From: Faecalibaculum rodentium
GTDB lineage: Bacteria; Bacillota_I; Bacilli_A; Erysipelotrichales; Erysipelotrichaceae
Reading direction: 5' to 3'
Length of the DNA stretch: 32,000 nt
NCBI RefSeq assembly: GCF_001564455.1
Contig: NZ_CP011391.1
Coordinates: 1,710,001 to 1,742,000 of the forward strand
The translations under genes were made by a program, and so were the position numbers. This document shows positions 17,918 through 26,051 of this stretch, piece by piece. Every line of letters starts with the position of its first letter. Positions within the stretch are counted from its first letter, which is position 1. Below the pieces are notes generated by a model. It was given only the letters and a program-made list of their open reading frames with translations. It did no database searches and was not told the DNA's origin.

Positions 17918-17964
17918 CCCCCACTGTGATGGGCAGCGGTCCCCGCTTCCCATCACAGTGGGGG
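17918..17964 (-). terminator. Perfect 16-bp stem-loop downstream of the kinase gene (possible terminator without a clear U-tract)
   Basis: CCCCCACTGTGATGGG - 15-nt loop - CCCATCACAGTGGGGG. It lies 20 nt after the kinase stop and 38 nt from the IS end. Confidence 0.45.
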
Positions 17965-17983
17965 TTCGGGGATGCCAGGTCAC

Positions 17984-18952
17984 CTAGTCTTTGTCCTGGA
18001 GGCCGGCATTCGTGAGGTCAAGCCGGACGGCTGTGCCTCTGTCCGGGCTGGTCTCTATGGTGATTTCATGCCCCAGCCGGTCCATCACGGCTTTGCTCAA
18101 GTAAAGGCCCAGGCCTGTGGCTGCGGTTTCCTTTCGTCCGTTCTGCCCTGTGACGCCCCGGCTCCAGATCCGTTCCAGGTCCTGTGCCGGGATCCCCGGC
18201 CCGTCATCCTGGATGCAGATGACCTGGTCTTTGACCGTGATTCCGATCTGCGACTTGGCATGTTTCACCGCATTGGAGAGGATCTGTTCCAGCACGAATG
18301 TCAGCCACCGGACATCCGTCAGGGCGGTTTCGTCTGTTCCCTCATAGGTCAGCCGCAGTCTTTTGCGGATGAATTCCGGGGAGAATGTCCGGATCACAGA
18401 CCGGATGGGTGCATCCAGCGGATTCCAGTCGAATACATAATCGGTTTCCGGACTTTCCAGCCGGGTCGCTGCCAGGATCATCTGCGTATACTGCTCCAGG
18501 CGCAGGACCTGGCTTCGCATTTCCCGGATATCCGGCTGTTCTTCCTGAAGCAGCAGCTTCAGGGCTGCAATGGGCAGCTTGTTCTGATGTGTCCACATAT
18601 CATACAGATCCTGCAGATCCCGCCTGCTCTGCCGGTATTCCTCTGCCTGGCAGTGACGGAGCGATTCCCGCTGCCGTATGATCCGCTGATAGTCCCTGTC
18701 CTTCTGCGAACCGTCATATTCCATCCACGAAAGATCCGGCACCTGACGCTGGGCGCTGAGAAACCGGTGGGACAGCAGGTGGCGGCTGTAATCCAGGACC
18801 AGATACACATTGACCACCACAAACTCCAGCAGTGCCATGTAGCCCAGGGCATCCCATTCCAGGTCATAGACATAGAAAATGAAGACTTGTATCCCAAACA
18901 GGACCGTCAGCAGCAGGAAGAGATTGCGGCGGTCATACAGCCACGCCATCAT
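17984..18952 (-). CDS. BceS-like intramembrane-sensing histidine kinase
   Basis: Start taken at MMAWLYDRRNLF (18952). Two N-terminal TM helices are joined by a loop of about 6 aa (DLEWDA). H-box WTHQNKLPIAAL. ATPase blocks ILSNAVKH, DDGPGIP and GLGLYLSK. No PAS/HAMP or periplasmic domain. Confidence 0.85.
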   Translation of the reverse strand: MMAWLYDRRNLFLLLTVLFGIQVFIFYVYDLEWDALGYMALLEFVVVNVYLVLDYSRHLLSHRFLSAQRQVPDLSWMEYDGSQKDRDYQRIIRQRESLRHCQAEEYRQSRRDLQDLYDMWTHQNKLPIAALKLLLQEEQPDIREMRSQVLRLEQYTQMILAATRLESPETDYVFDWNPLDAPIRSVIRTFSPEFIRKRLRLTYEGTDETALTDVRWLTFVLEQILSNAVKHAKSQIGITVKDQVICIQDDGPGIPAQDLERIWSRGVTGQNGRKETAATGLGLYLSKAVMDRLGHEITIETSPDRGTAVRLDLTNAGLQDKD

Positions 18953-19142
18953 GATCTGCTCTCTTTTGCATGAGTCCGGGATCTGGAACCGGCTGCCCTG
19001 TCTTTCGGACTGAAAAAATTGGTAACTCTCTGTTTCATGCCTACATTGTACCGGATAACCGCCATCCAGCCACCCCGGGCGGGTTGCGTCAATGGCCCTG
19101 TCCTGCATCATCGGCTACACTGTAAAGGAAAGGGAGACCATC

Positions 19143-19757
19143 ATGACAACTCAGACAGATCCCGGCGCAGCTGCCCGGAAACGAAATTTTGTGATCTCCA
19201 TCGTGTCCACCATTGTATTCGGTGCGCTGCTGGTGTGGATCCTGCACAAAGGGGTCGATACGGCCGCCATCCAGAAGTTTCTGGAGAACTGCGGTCCCCT
19301 GGCACCTGTGCTCTTTATCGCGATTTCGGTCTTCAGCTCCTATGTCCCCATCGTTCCCATGGGCTCCATGGGTTCCATTGGCATTGTGCTCTTTGGCCCT
19401 GTCACGGCGTTTTTTTACAACTACGCCACTTCGGTCATCAACTGCACGCTGGGGTTCTGGCTCGCGAAACGCTATGGCGACCGGATGATCCTCAACATCG
19501 CGTCCCCAAAGACCTACGCCAGATACAGGCACTGGGTGCAGACCACGAAGCACTTCACGCTGGTGTTCATCATCTGCATGTTTCTGCCGGTATCCCCCGA
19601 CATCATTCTCTGCATGCTCGCGGGACTCAACGGTATGAGCTGGGGCAGGTTCCTGGCCATCATCCTCGTCAGCCGCCCGGTATCCTCATGGGCATATTCC
19701 ACGGGGTTGCTGAAGGGCTTTGAATGGATTTTGAAAACACTGCACCTGAAGCAGTGA
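19143..19757 (+). CDS. TVP38/TMEM64 (DedA-related, SNARE-associated) family membrane protein
   Basis: ATG at 19143 after AAGGAAAGGGAGA. 204 aa with hydrophobic helices and the central block GPLAPVLFIAISVFSSYVPIVP...GFWLAKRYGDR. Confidence 0.7.
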   Translation: MTTQTDPGAAARKRNFVISIVSTIVFGALLVWILHKGVDTAAIQKFLENCGPLAPVLFIAISVFSSYVPIVPMGSMGSIGIVLFGPVTAFFYNYATSVINCTLGFWLAKRYGDRMILNIASPKTYARYRHWVQTTKHFTLVFIICMFLPVSPDIILCMLAGLNGMSWGRFLAIILVSRPVSSWAYSTGLLKGFEWILKTLHLKQ

Positions 19758-19770
19758 GGAGGCATATGAC

Positions 19771-19974
19771 ATGAACAATGAAACACAGATTCTAAAGGAT
19801 ATGAAGGAATGGGTCATGCACGGCTTTGGCCTCATGAAGCTGAGACCCTATTGCGAATTTCTGGATGCCGTGCTGGCCAACGATCAGTGGCTGCCGGTCT
19901 ACGAGAAATACCAGACCACCTTTGCCGAACTCTACGAAGAAATGCGGGCAGCGGGATATGTCCGCCGGCCCTGA
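19771..19974 (+). CDS. Hypothetical small protein (67 aa)
   Basis: GAGGAGG 8 nt upstream of the ATG, 13 nt after the TVP38 stop. A strong terminator follows. No family recognised. Confidence 0.5.
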   Translation: MNNETQILKDMKEWVMHGFGLMKLRPYCEFLDAVLANDQWLPVYEKYQTTFAELYEEMRAAGYVRRP

Positions 19975-19994
19975 GATACAGGCAGGCGCAAAGC

Positions 19995-20039
19995 AGCCCC
20001 GGCAGCCGGAGTGATCCGCTGCCGGGGCTCTTCATTTTT
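19995..20039 (+). terminator. Rho-independent terminator
   Basis: AGCCCCGGCAGC-cggagtgatcc-GCTGCCGGGGCT followed by cttcattttt. The 12-bp stem overlaps the stop of the convergent SprT-like gene. Confidence 0.8.
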
Positions 20040-20550
20040 CCCTGGGACGGCGTTCAGGGAGGGGCTCGAAATGACCCCCGCATCCTTTGTGGATATACCG
20101 CTCCGGGTGTTCGGTAAAATTCGACCGTCTGGTCCGGTTGACGATCACACCGCACCGGCTGCACTGAAACTGGTACCTGCCCCTGATTTCAAACGCTTCC
20201 GGTTCATACGTGCTTTGAATGTGGTAGCCGTATTCCCTCAGTTTTCTCGCGGCTTCCTGAAACCGGGGGCCATGGTCGAAACAGCCCTTGACGGTATGCA
20301 GGAGCTCATGGGCCAGAGTCTCGCGAACAAGCTCTGTATGTCCCATGAGGCGGGTAGAAATGTGTATGGTATAAAACCCGTCGGTTTCCCGCCGGCAGTT
20401 GCCGCGGCTTCTGGTGAGACGCCCTGAAAAGGAGACTTCCCCGATCCTGCCGGGTGTCAGACCGGCCTTCCGGAAGTCCTCCTTGATGGATTCCAGCATC
20501 ACCACCAGCCCCGCGTCAGCCATCATGCTCCTGTATCTGCCTGCAGACAC
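20032..20550 (-). CDS. SprT-like zinc metalloprotease-domain protein
   Basis: HELLH (HExxH) motif plus a C-terminal Cys-pair ribbon (CSRCG...KGCGG). The start is ambiguous: either GTG at 20550, 1 nt after the upstream stop, or ATG ATG at 20526/20523 after AGGAG. Confidence 0.7.
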   Translation of the reverse strand: MSAGRYRSMMADAGLVVMLESIKEDFRKAGLTPGRIGEVSFSGRLTRSRGNCRRETDGFYTIHISTRLMGHTELVRETLAHELLHTVKGCFDHGPRFQEAARKLREYGYHIQSTYEPEAFEIRGRYQFQCSRCGVIVNRTRRSNFTEHPERYIHKGCGGHFEPLPERRPREK

Positions 20551-20551
20551 G

Positions 20552-21178
20552 TCATTCTTCTTTGGTCACGGTAATGGTTTCGATGACCGGCTGACTGTCT
20601 TTGGAGATGGTGCCGTTGTCATCGGTGGGTCTGGCATCTTCCAGGATTTTGTCCACGACGTCCATGCCCGAGGTCACGGTGCCAAACGCCGCGTATTCTC
20701 CATCCAGGCTCGGCGTGTCTTCCTGGACGATGAAGAACTGGCTGCTGGCAGAATCCGGATCACCACTTCGGGCCATGGATACTGTGCCCCGGACATGCTT
20801 CAGGGAGTTGTTGAAGCCATTGGAGAGAAATTCTCCCTGAATGTCTTCTTCGGCACCGCCAGTGCCATCCCCATTGGGATCTCCGCCCTGGGCCATGAAC
20901 CCTTCAATGAGGCGGTGAAACGTCAGGCCGTCGTAGAATCCTTCGTCGGCGAGCTTCACAAAATTCTGCACGGTTTCCGGGGCGATCCCTTCATCCATTT
21001 CAAAGACGATGTCGCCGTAGTCCTTCACTTTGATCGTCGCCTGGTATTTCTGGCCTCCGGGTTCGGATCCTTTCATTTCTATGATTTCCGCCGGTTCCTC
21101 TTCTTTGGGTTCCGGCGCCTGGGTGCTGCAGCCTGCAAGCAGGACAGCACTCAGGATCAGACTGATCCATTGTTTCAT
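20552..21178 (-). CDS. Cyclophilin-type peptidyl-prolyl isomerase, lipoprotein
   Basis: Lipobox LLAGC after a signal peptide. Cyclophilin blocks FHRLIEGFMAQGGDP and VSMARSGDPDSASSQFFI. AAGGAG RBS. Confidence 0.9.
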   Translation of the reverse strand: MKQWISLILSAVLLAGCSTQAPEPKEEEPAEIIEMKGSEPGGQKYQATIKVKDYGDIVFEMDEGIAPETVQNFVKLADEGFYDGLTFHRLIEGFMAQGGDPNGDGTGGAEEDIQGEFLSNGFNNSLKHVRGTVSMARSGDPDSASSQFFIVQEDTPSLDGEYAAFGTVTSGMDVVDKILEDARPTDDNGTISKDSQPVIETITVTKEE

Positions 21179-21321
21179 GTCATTCTCCTTTATCTATCGT
21201 TCTGATGCTGATCGAACGTGAAATCACCGGTCAGTTTCTCCGGTTTGTCTCTATGATTCTAAATCGTTTTGCACGTTGTGGCAAAAACAGATAGACTTGT
21301 TCGGGAAAAGGAGGCGTTCCA

Positions 21322-22266
21322 ATGGCAAGAGATGTAAAGATTGCCAGAGACAAAGTGTTCTCAGGCTGGGCCCTGCTGCCCAAGGGAAAAGCGGCGGATA
21401 CCGTGACGGAAGGCTGTCTGGTGCTGGAGGGCGGCGCCTTCCGCGGTGTCTATACCTCAGGGGTGCTGGATGCCTTTCTGGAGGAAGGCATCAATCTGCA
21501 GACAGTGATCGGCGTGTCGGCCGGGGCAATGAACGGCATGAACTACCAGGCTGGCCAGATCGGCCGGGCGGCGAGGATCAACCTGCGGTATCGTCACGAT
21601 CCCCGGTTCGTGGGAACCAGGCCGCTGCTCCGGGAGGGCGGTGTGATCGGATTCGATTTTGTGATGAATGACCTCCAGCTGGAGGAGCCCTTTGACTGGG
21701 AGAGATTCCGGGATCCCCGGCGCGAGTTTTATGCGGTGATTTCCGATGTGACCTCGGGCCTTCCCCGCTATGTGTCGAAAAAGGAGCCGGTGGATATCCT
21801 GAAGGCCGTGCAGGCCTCAGCGACCATGCCCTTTGTGTCCAAGCCTGTGACGCTGGACGAGGTGCCGTACCTGGATGGCGGCTGCACCGACAAAGTCCCC
21901 ATTGAATGGGCGCTGCAGCACAAGTTTGAGAAAATCATTGTGGTCAGGACCCGACCCGCGGGATACCGCAAGGGGGAAGACTCCCAGCTGCAGAAAGACA
22001 TGATCCAGCGCTTCTACCGCAGCACACCGGAATTTGCACAGACCCTGGCGGACTCCAATGCCCGGTATGACCGGCAGATAGAGGAAATCGAGCGGCTCGA
22101 CCGCCGCGGCCGGATCCTGCAGATCGCCCCGAGCCAGCCCGTCACCATATCCCGGCTGGAAGGCGACATGGAAAAACTGGGTGCGCTGTATTACCTGGGG
22201 TATCACGATGCCCGGGCCATGATGCCCAAAATCAAGGAGTATCTGGGCATTCAGCGGGCTGACTGA
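21322..22266 (+). CDS. Patatin-like phospholipase family protein
   Basis: Oxyanion loop LEGGAFRGVYTSGVL and nucleophile elbow GVSAGA (GxSxG). Asp in YLDGG. AAGGAGG RBS 7 nt upstream. Confidence 0.85.
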   Translation: MARDVKIARDKVFSGWALLPKGKAADTVTEGCLVLEGGAFRGVYTSGVLDAFLEEGINLQTVIGVSAGAMNGMNYQAGQIGRAARINLRYRHDPRFVGTRPLLREGGVIGFDFVMNDLQLEEPFDWERFRDPRREFYAVISDVTSGLPRYVSKKEPVDILKAVQASATMPFVSKPVTLDEVPYLDGGCTDKVPIEWALQHKFEKIIVVRTRPAGYRKGEDSQLQKDMIQRFYRSTPEFAQTLADSNARYDRQIEEIERLDRRGRILQIAPSQPVTISRLEGDMEKLGALYYLGYHDARAMMPKIKEYLGIQRAD

Positions 22267-22565
22267 ATGTCACCCGCCCAGCCCCAAGACCCTTTCATAT
22301 AGTGGACTGCTTTGAATAGCAGCTGTAACCAGGTCAGGGGAACGAGTTGGCTCAGGCACGCTTTTCAGGAACAGGTCGGGTGCCGATGACGGGCTCCTTG
22401 CCTGGATCCTGCAGGGAATCCATTGGAACTGGACCCGAGAGCTGGTGTGCATGGGTGTGAGAGCTGTATACAGCGTTCTGTTTACCGCCTTCAACCGGTG
22501 GCTGCTGAAACCTCCAAAAGCACACAGCTGAACCTTGTATAAAAGCCATTTATATGCGTGACGTG

Positions 22566-22588
22566 ACAGCGGGTAACCGCTGTTTTTT
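22566..22588 (+). terminator. Rho-independent terminator in the gene-poor segment
   Basis: ACAGCGG-gtaa-CCGCTGT followed by TTTTT. It lies 35 nt after the end of a startless open frame (22316-22531). Confidence 0.6.
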
Positions 22589-22954
22589 CTATGAACACAG
22601 TTTCTTTGATACAGTTTCTGGTGATGATAGAAATCTGGAGAATCTGAATATCGCACAGCACAAAAGAAAAAGAAAAAGGGCGGCAGCAGCCAGGACCCGG
22701 TCCTGAAGCGTGTGCGCACCCCGAACAGTCAGCTGGATGCAGGTATCACACAGAAAGAACTCCTGGCATCCAGGAATATCGCGACTGGAAAATTCGTAAT
22801 GGAGCTGGATGAGAAGGACCGTGCGGAACTGGATCATGATGCCCCTTACTTCATTCTGGGACTGACAGGGCGCATCTGGCTGCCGAAGGAGGTCCTGGAG
22901 ATCACCCGGAACATATTCAACCGCCCATGAGAGATGGCAGCGAAGGAGTTTTCG

Positions 22955-23145
22955 ATGAAGCCAGTGGATCCCGAGAGGGAGTTTACAGCCGAAACCTTTA
23001 ACCCCGGAAACTGCGTCTTCCCGGCTATCGGATCAAACTTCACATGCCGGACCTTATGCAGCGGATGCTGCAGCTGGCCGAAGAAACGGGTACTCTCTGG
23101 AACACGCTTCTGTCCAGAGTGTTCCCATCGATGAAAAGTGAATGA
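22955..23145 (+). pseudogene. Possible frameshifted small ribbon-helix-helix-like gene
   Basis: AAGGAG lies 6 nt before ATG 22955 (MKPVDPEREFTAETFNPGNCVFPAIG...). From about 23030 a second frame reads RIKLHMPDLMQRMLQLAEETGTLWNTLLSRVFPSMKSE*, a beta-strand then helix pattern like CopG/Arc-type proteins. A terminator follows. The family call is weak. Confidence 0.3.
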
Positions 23146-23196
23146 GGACAGGCACATTAAACCTGACCCGGCATCGAACTATATGCAGTATTGCAT

Positions 23197-23231
23197 CAAA
23201 AGACAGGCCCGAATCCGGAACCTGTCTTTTT
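23197..23231 (+). terminator. Rho-independent terminator
   Basis: aaaaGACAGG-cccgaatccggaa-CCTGTCtttttt. Confidence 0.6.
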
Positions 23232-23365
23232 TGCGGCTTGAGGAAAGTCTGCTTGCTTTCATCAAGCCGCAAAAAGAATCTGGCTGATGGTGCATGGCCT
23301 AAGGAATACACAAGCTGAATTCTTTTTTTGGAGCTGGATGAAATTCTCCTGAATTTCATCCAGAC

Positions 23366-23401
23366 TCGAAAAAAGAAGGCAACCGTGCACAGTCACCTTC
23401 T
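23366..23401 (-). terminator. Possible terminator about 140 nt downstream of the ABC-class ATPase gene
   Basis: Minus strand: AAGAAGG - 16-nt loop - CCTTCTT followed by TTTTCG. Confidence 0.4.
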
Positions 23402-23539
23402 TAATCAGACAATTGTTTCTGTCCGGGAATTAGGGAGCATTTCTCTGCTCCCCTGCAGTATACCGCAAACCGGAATTGATTACGCATTAAACGCCCGAAC
23501 ATTTTTCGTACTTATTCAATCAGCGCAAGATAAATTATT

Positions 23540-25258
23540 TTATTCCAACTTATCTGCCGTTTGCTGCTTTCTGTCAGGAGTGATCTTCTGGAATCTCTGG
23601 CGGTTGAACGCCGCCAGGATCTCCTGTTTTCTCGGTCTGGCACCGTGGCCGCGCACAGTTTCATCCAGCGCCCCTGCGTTCATGCGGTCCTCCAGTACAT
23701 CCACGACCTCCGTCAGGGTCCTGCTGTCATCCACGATCTCCCGGTTCGCCAGTTTCAGAAGCTGCCCGATCGCCGCCAGCTGCTCGGGATCCACCAGCTG
23801 CTCCACATACCGCATGTCGATATCCTGGCGGTCTACCGAAATCGTGTCCATGCCCCGGGACCGGACCTTCGACCGCTCGGATTCCTTCACCCGGTGCGGG
23901 ATCCTCACACTCCTGCAGTCAAACGGCTGCAGGTTTTCTTTTTCTCTGAACACATAGGCCTTCGCCGCATCCTTCGCTTTCTCCGTAATGTCCAGCGGCA
24001 CATACTGATCCATCTGGATCACCGTGTCCGCCTTCGAGAAAAACGCCCCGGAAGAGCCAGCCACCAGAATCGTGCTGATGCCGTCTTTTTCATACAGCTC
24101 CCGTACCCGGTCCATGAACGGAATGATCGGTTCCTGATCTCCATGCACCACTTCCTGCATCAGATTGTCCCGGATCATGAAGTTCGCCGCACTGGTGTCT
24201 TCATCCATCAGCAGCGTCTTCGTTCCCGCTTCAATGGCTTCCGCCAGACCCGCTGCCTGCGAGGTGCTCCCAGAGGCATCCTCCGTGCTGAACGCCACCG
24301 TATCCTTGCCATTGGGCAGATTGGTTATGAACCCCGAAATGTTCACATCCTGCACACTGCGTCCATCCTCTGCCCGCGACTTCACGGCAGTCTCGTCTGT
24401 GATCACCAGTTCCCGGCCATCACCCGCAATGTGGTCATACACCCCGCGCTCCAGCGCCTCCAGCAGCGTGGACTTGCCGTGATAGCCGCCGCCCGCAATG
24501 AGCGTCACGCCTTTGCGGATGCCAAGGCCCCGGATTCTGCCACGGAAGGGCGTTTCGACTTCCACCGCCAGGGACTCCGGAGCCGCAAAGGCGACAGCCT
24601 CCTGCATCGGCTTCTGAGAAACGCCGCTTTCCCGCGGAAGGATGGATCCATCGGCCACAAACGCCGCCAGGTCCAGGACCTTCAGCTGGTTGCGGATGGC
24701 CGTCTGGTCCATGGCCAGCTGCCAGGTCTCCTGCAGTTCTTCCTTCATCTTCGGTGTGTAGTTTTTGTAGATCAGGCTTTCGTTCACCACTGTGGGCAGT
24801 GTGACAAACAGGATCCGCTCCAGTTCCCGCGCGAGAATGCGCCGGCCATTGGCGGGAAAGCCGATGTTGAAGCGCACGCGTACGGAACCGTCTTCATACA
24901 GGTGGCAGGAGGTTCGTTCCAGGATCTCCTGTCCCGGGCGGGTCACCGACAGCTTTCCGGATTTGCCCGACCCTTTCCCCGGTCTGCTCTGGCGATGCAG
25001 TGCCTGCCCGAAAAAACGCAGGATCCTGTCTTCCGCCGCGATCCGCGTCTGCCGCGTCCGGAGAATCTCTGCCGGGAATCCCGGGTCCTTCACCAGCACC
25101 GACACATCACTCGGGGCCGCAAAAGGGTCCCCCTGGACGTGGTCAATGGACAGCAAAAAGGGGCCAAACGCATATGTACCCCTTGTATCTTTATAAGCCG
25201 GGTAGGGACGTCCCTCAATCCGGCGCAGTATCTCTTTCAGGTCCTGTGCAGTGTTCAT
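23540..25258 (-). CDS. ABC-ATPase domain-containing protein (COG3044-type 'predicted ATPase of the ABC class')
   Basis: N-terminus LKEILRRIEGRPYPAYKDTRGTYAFGPFLLSIDHVQGDPFAAPS is characteristic of this family. Walker A GGGYHGKSTLLEAL, Walker B LLMDEDTSAANFM. GGAGG RBS 8 nt upstream. Confidence 0.8.
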   Translation of the reverse strand: MNTAQDLKEILRRIEGRPYPAYKDTRGTYAFGPFLLSIDHVQGDPFAAPSDVSVLVKDPGFPAEILRTRQTRIAAEDRILRFFGQALHRQSRPGKGSGKSGKLSVTRPGQEILERTSCHLYEDGSVRVRFNIGFPANGRRILARELERILFVTLPTVVNESLIYKNYTPKMKEELQETWQLAMDQTAIRNQLKVLDLAAFVADGSILPRESGVSQKPMQEAVAFAAPESLAVEVETPFRGRIRGLGIRKGVTLIAGGGYHGKSTLLEALERGVYDHIAGDGRELVITDETAVKSRAEDGRSVQDVNISGFITNLPNGKDTVAFSTEDASGSTSQAAGLAEAIEAGTKTLLMDEDTSAANFMIRDNLMQEVVHGDQEPIIPFMDRVRELYEKDGISTILVAGSSGAFFSKADTVIQMDQYVPLDITEKAKDAAKAYVFREKENLQPFDCRSVRIPHRVKESERSKVRSRGMDTISVDRQDIDMRYVEQLVDPEQLAAIGQLLKLANREIVDDSRTLTEVVDVLEDRMNAGALDETVRGHGARPRKQEILAAFNRQRFQKITPDRKQQTADKLE

Positions 25259-26051
25259 TCAATACTACCTCCACATGTTCCAGACATGCCCGGACAGCCG
25301 GATCCGCGAGGGAAATGCTGTCAAAGCGCTTCCGCCAGAATCCTGCCGCCTTACACAAACGATACGACGCCGGAAACCGAAAGTCGTTCACGAAGCCCAG
25401 ATAGGTCAGCCAGAGATCCATGGGCGTCTGTCTGTCCCGCTTGTCCACCGGCCGGCCGGCGAGCAGGGCTTCGATAACCGCCGGGGAGGCCGTGGATTGT
25501 GCGGCTTCTTCTGCCGTATGCGCCGTCATGTCCTGAATGTCATCCACCGCAAACACCCGGTAAATGTCCAGCCGGTCCGCATCCCGCACCAGGTCACACA
25601 GCCGGGAAGCCACCGGATCGCCGATGTCCGTTTCCAGCCGGTTGTGCTGGGCAATGGCGGTCAGGATCCGCTGCCTCCATGCCTTTTCCACGTCCTGCAG
25701 CATGGCCGTCTCTTCCAGGACCTGCACCGAAAGCGCTGCGTGATCGGCGCTTTTTGCGTCAAAAAACGTGTCATGGCGCCGCAGCTGTTCAAAGCGGCCG
25801 ATGTCATGAAACACAGCGGCGATCCTGGCAGCCTGTGCCAGATCCGGGTCCTCTGCAGTGATGCCCTCAAGCTTCAGCAGGGCATTCATGTACCCCAGCA
25901 CACCCAGGGTGTGGACCCTCTTCAGTTCATACCGTGTATCCGCTGTTCCGAATCCCGCCGTGTAGTCCAGAAACCGCTGTGTCCAGTCCCGCATGTCAGT
26001 TCTGTCGTCACCGGCTGCAGGCAGGACACAGTCCTCAGTCACCGGTGTCAT
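25215..26051 (-). CDS. HD-domain (HDIG-type) phosphohydrolase family protein
   Basis: RVHTLGV...AAVFHDIGRFEQ...DHAALS...RDADRLD gives the H...HD...D metal-binding pattern. The ATG overlaps the upstream stop (ATGA at 26048-26051). The 3' end overlaps the next gene by 44 nt. Confidence 0.8.
   Translation of the reverse strand: MTPVTEDCVLPAAGDDRTDMRDWTQRFLDYTAGFGTADTRYELKRVHTLGVLGYMNALLKLEGITAEDPDLAQAARIAAVFHDIGRFEQLRRHDTFFDAKSADHAALSVQVLEETAMLQDVEKAWRQRILTAIAQHNRLETDIGDPVASRLCDLVRDADRLDIYRVFAVDDIQDMTAHTAEEAAQSTASPAVIEALLAGRPVDKRDRQTPMDLWLTYLGFVNDFRFPASYRLCKAAGFWRKRFDSISLADPAVRACLEHVEVVLNEHCTGPERDTAPD

Noticed and set aside
18953-19111. A 53-codon N-terminal extension of the kinase ORF, considered as a possible remnant of a lost response-regulator gene (GGYPV faintly like the GxGY of winged-helix ends).
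   Set aside because: The similarity is too weak and too short. BceS-type kinases start directly with the first TM helix, which begins at MMAWLYDRRNLF. The extension is most simply upstream read-through without a stop.
21322-22266. The patatin-like lipase as a possible CBASS-type or other anti-phage effector.
   Set aside because: There is no cyclase, sensor or other defence partner on either side. It stands alone with its own RBS, diverging from a housekeeping cyclophilin. Stand-alone patatin lipases are common.
22300-22590. Possible structured ncRNA (SRP RNA, RNase P or tmRNA-like), because the segment is non-coding, ends in a terminator and contains CAGGUCAGG.
   Set aside because: None of the hallmark motifs are present: no GGAAGCAGCC-type SRP domain IV, no GAGGAAAGUCC of RNase P, and no tRNA-like 3' end. 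An open protein frame ending 35 nt before the terminator explains the layout better, as a 3' gene remnant.
23328-23957. A 209-aa plus-strand ORF starting in the intergenic scar (MELDEILLNF...) and running antisense into the ATPase gene.
   Set aside because: About two thirds of it is antisense to a well-supported gene. It opens with TTG inside a hairpin, lacks an RBS and has no recognisable domain.
23540-26051. ABC-type ATPase plus HD protein as a Septu/Gabija/PARIS-like ATPase-nuclease defence pair.
   Set aside because: The ATPase has the distinctive N-terminal domain and size of the COG3044 housekeeping-like family, not the AAA15/OLD-type defence ATPases. The partner is an HDIG-type phosphohydrolase rather than an HNH, TOPRIM or DUF4435 nuclease. 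The third gene is an LbH protein. Kept only as an uncharacterised operon.
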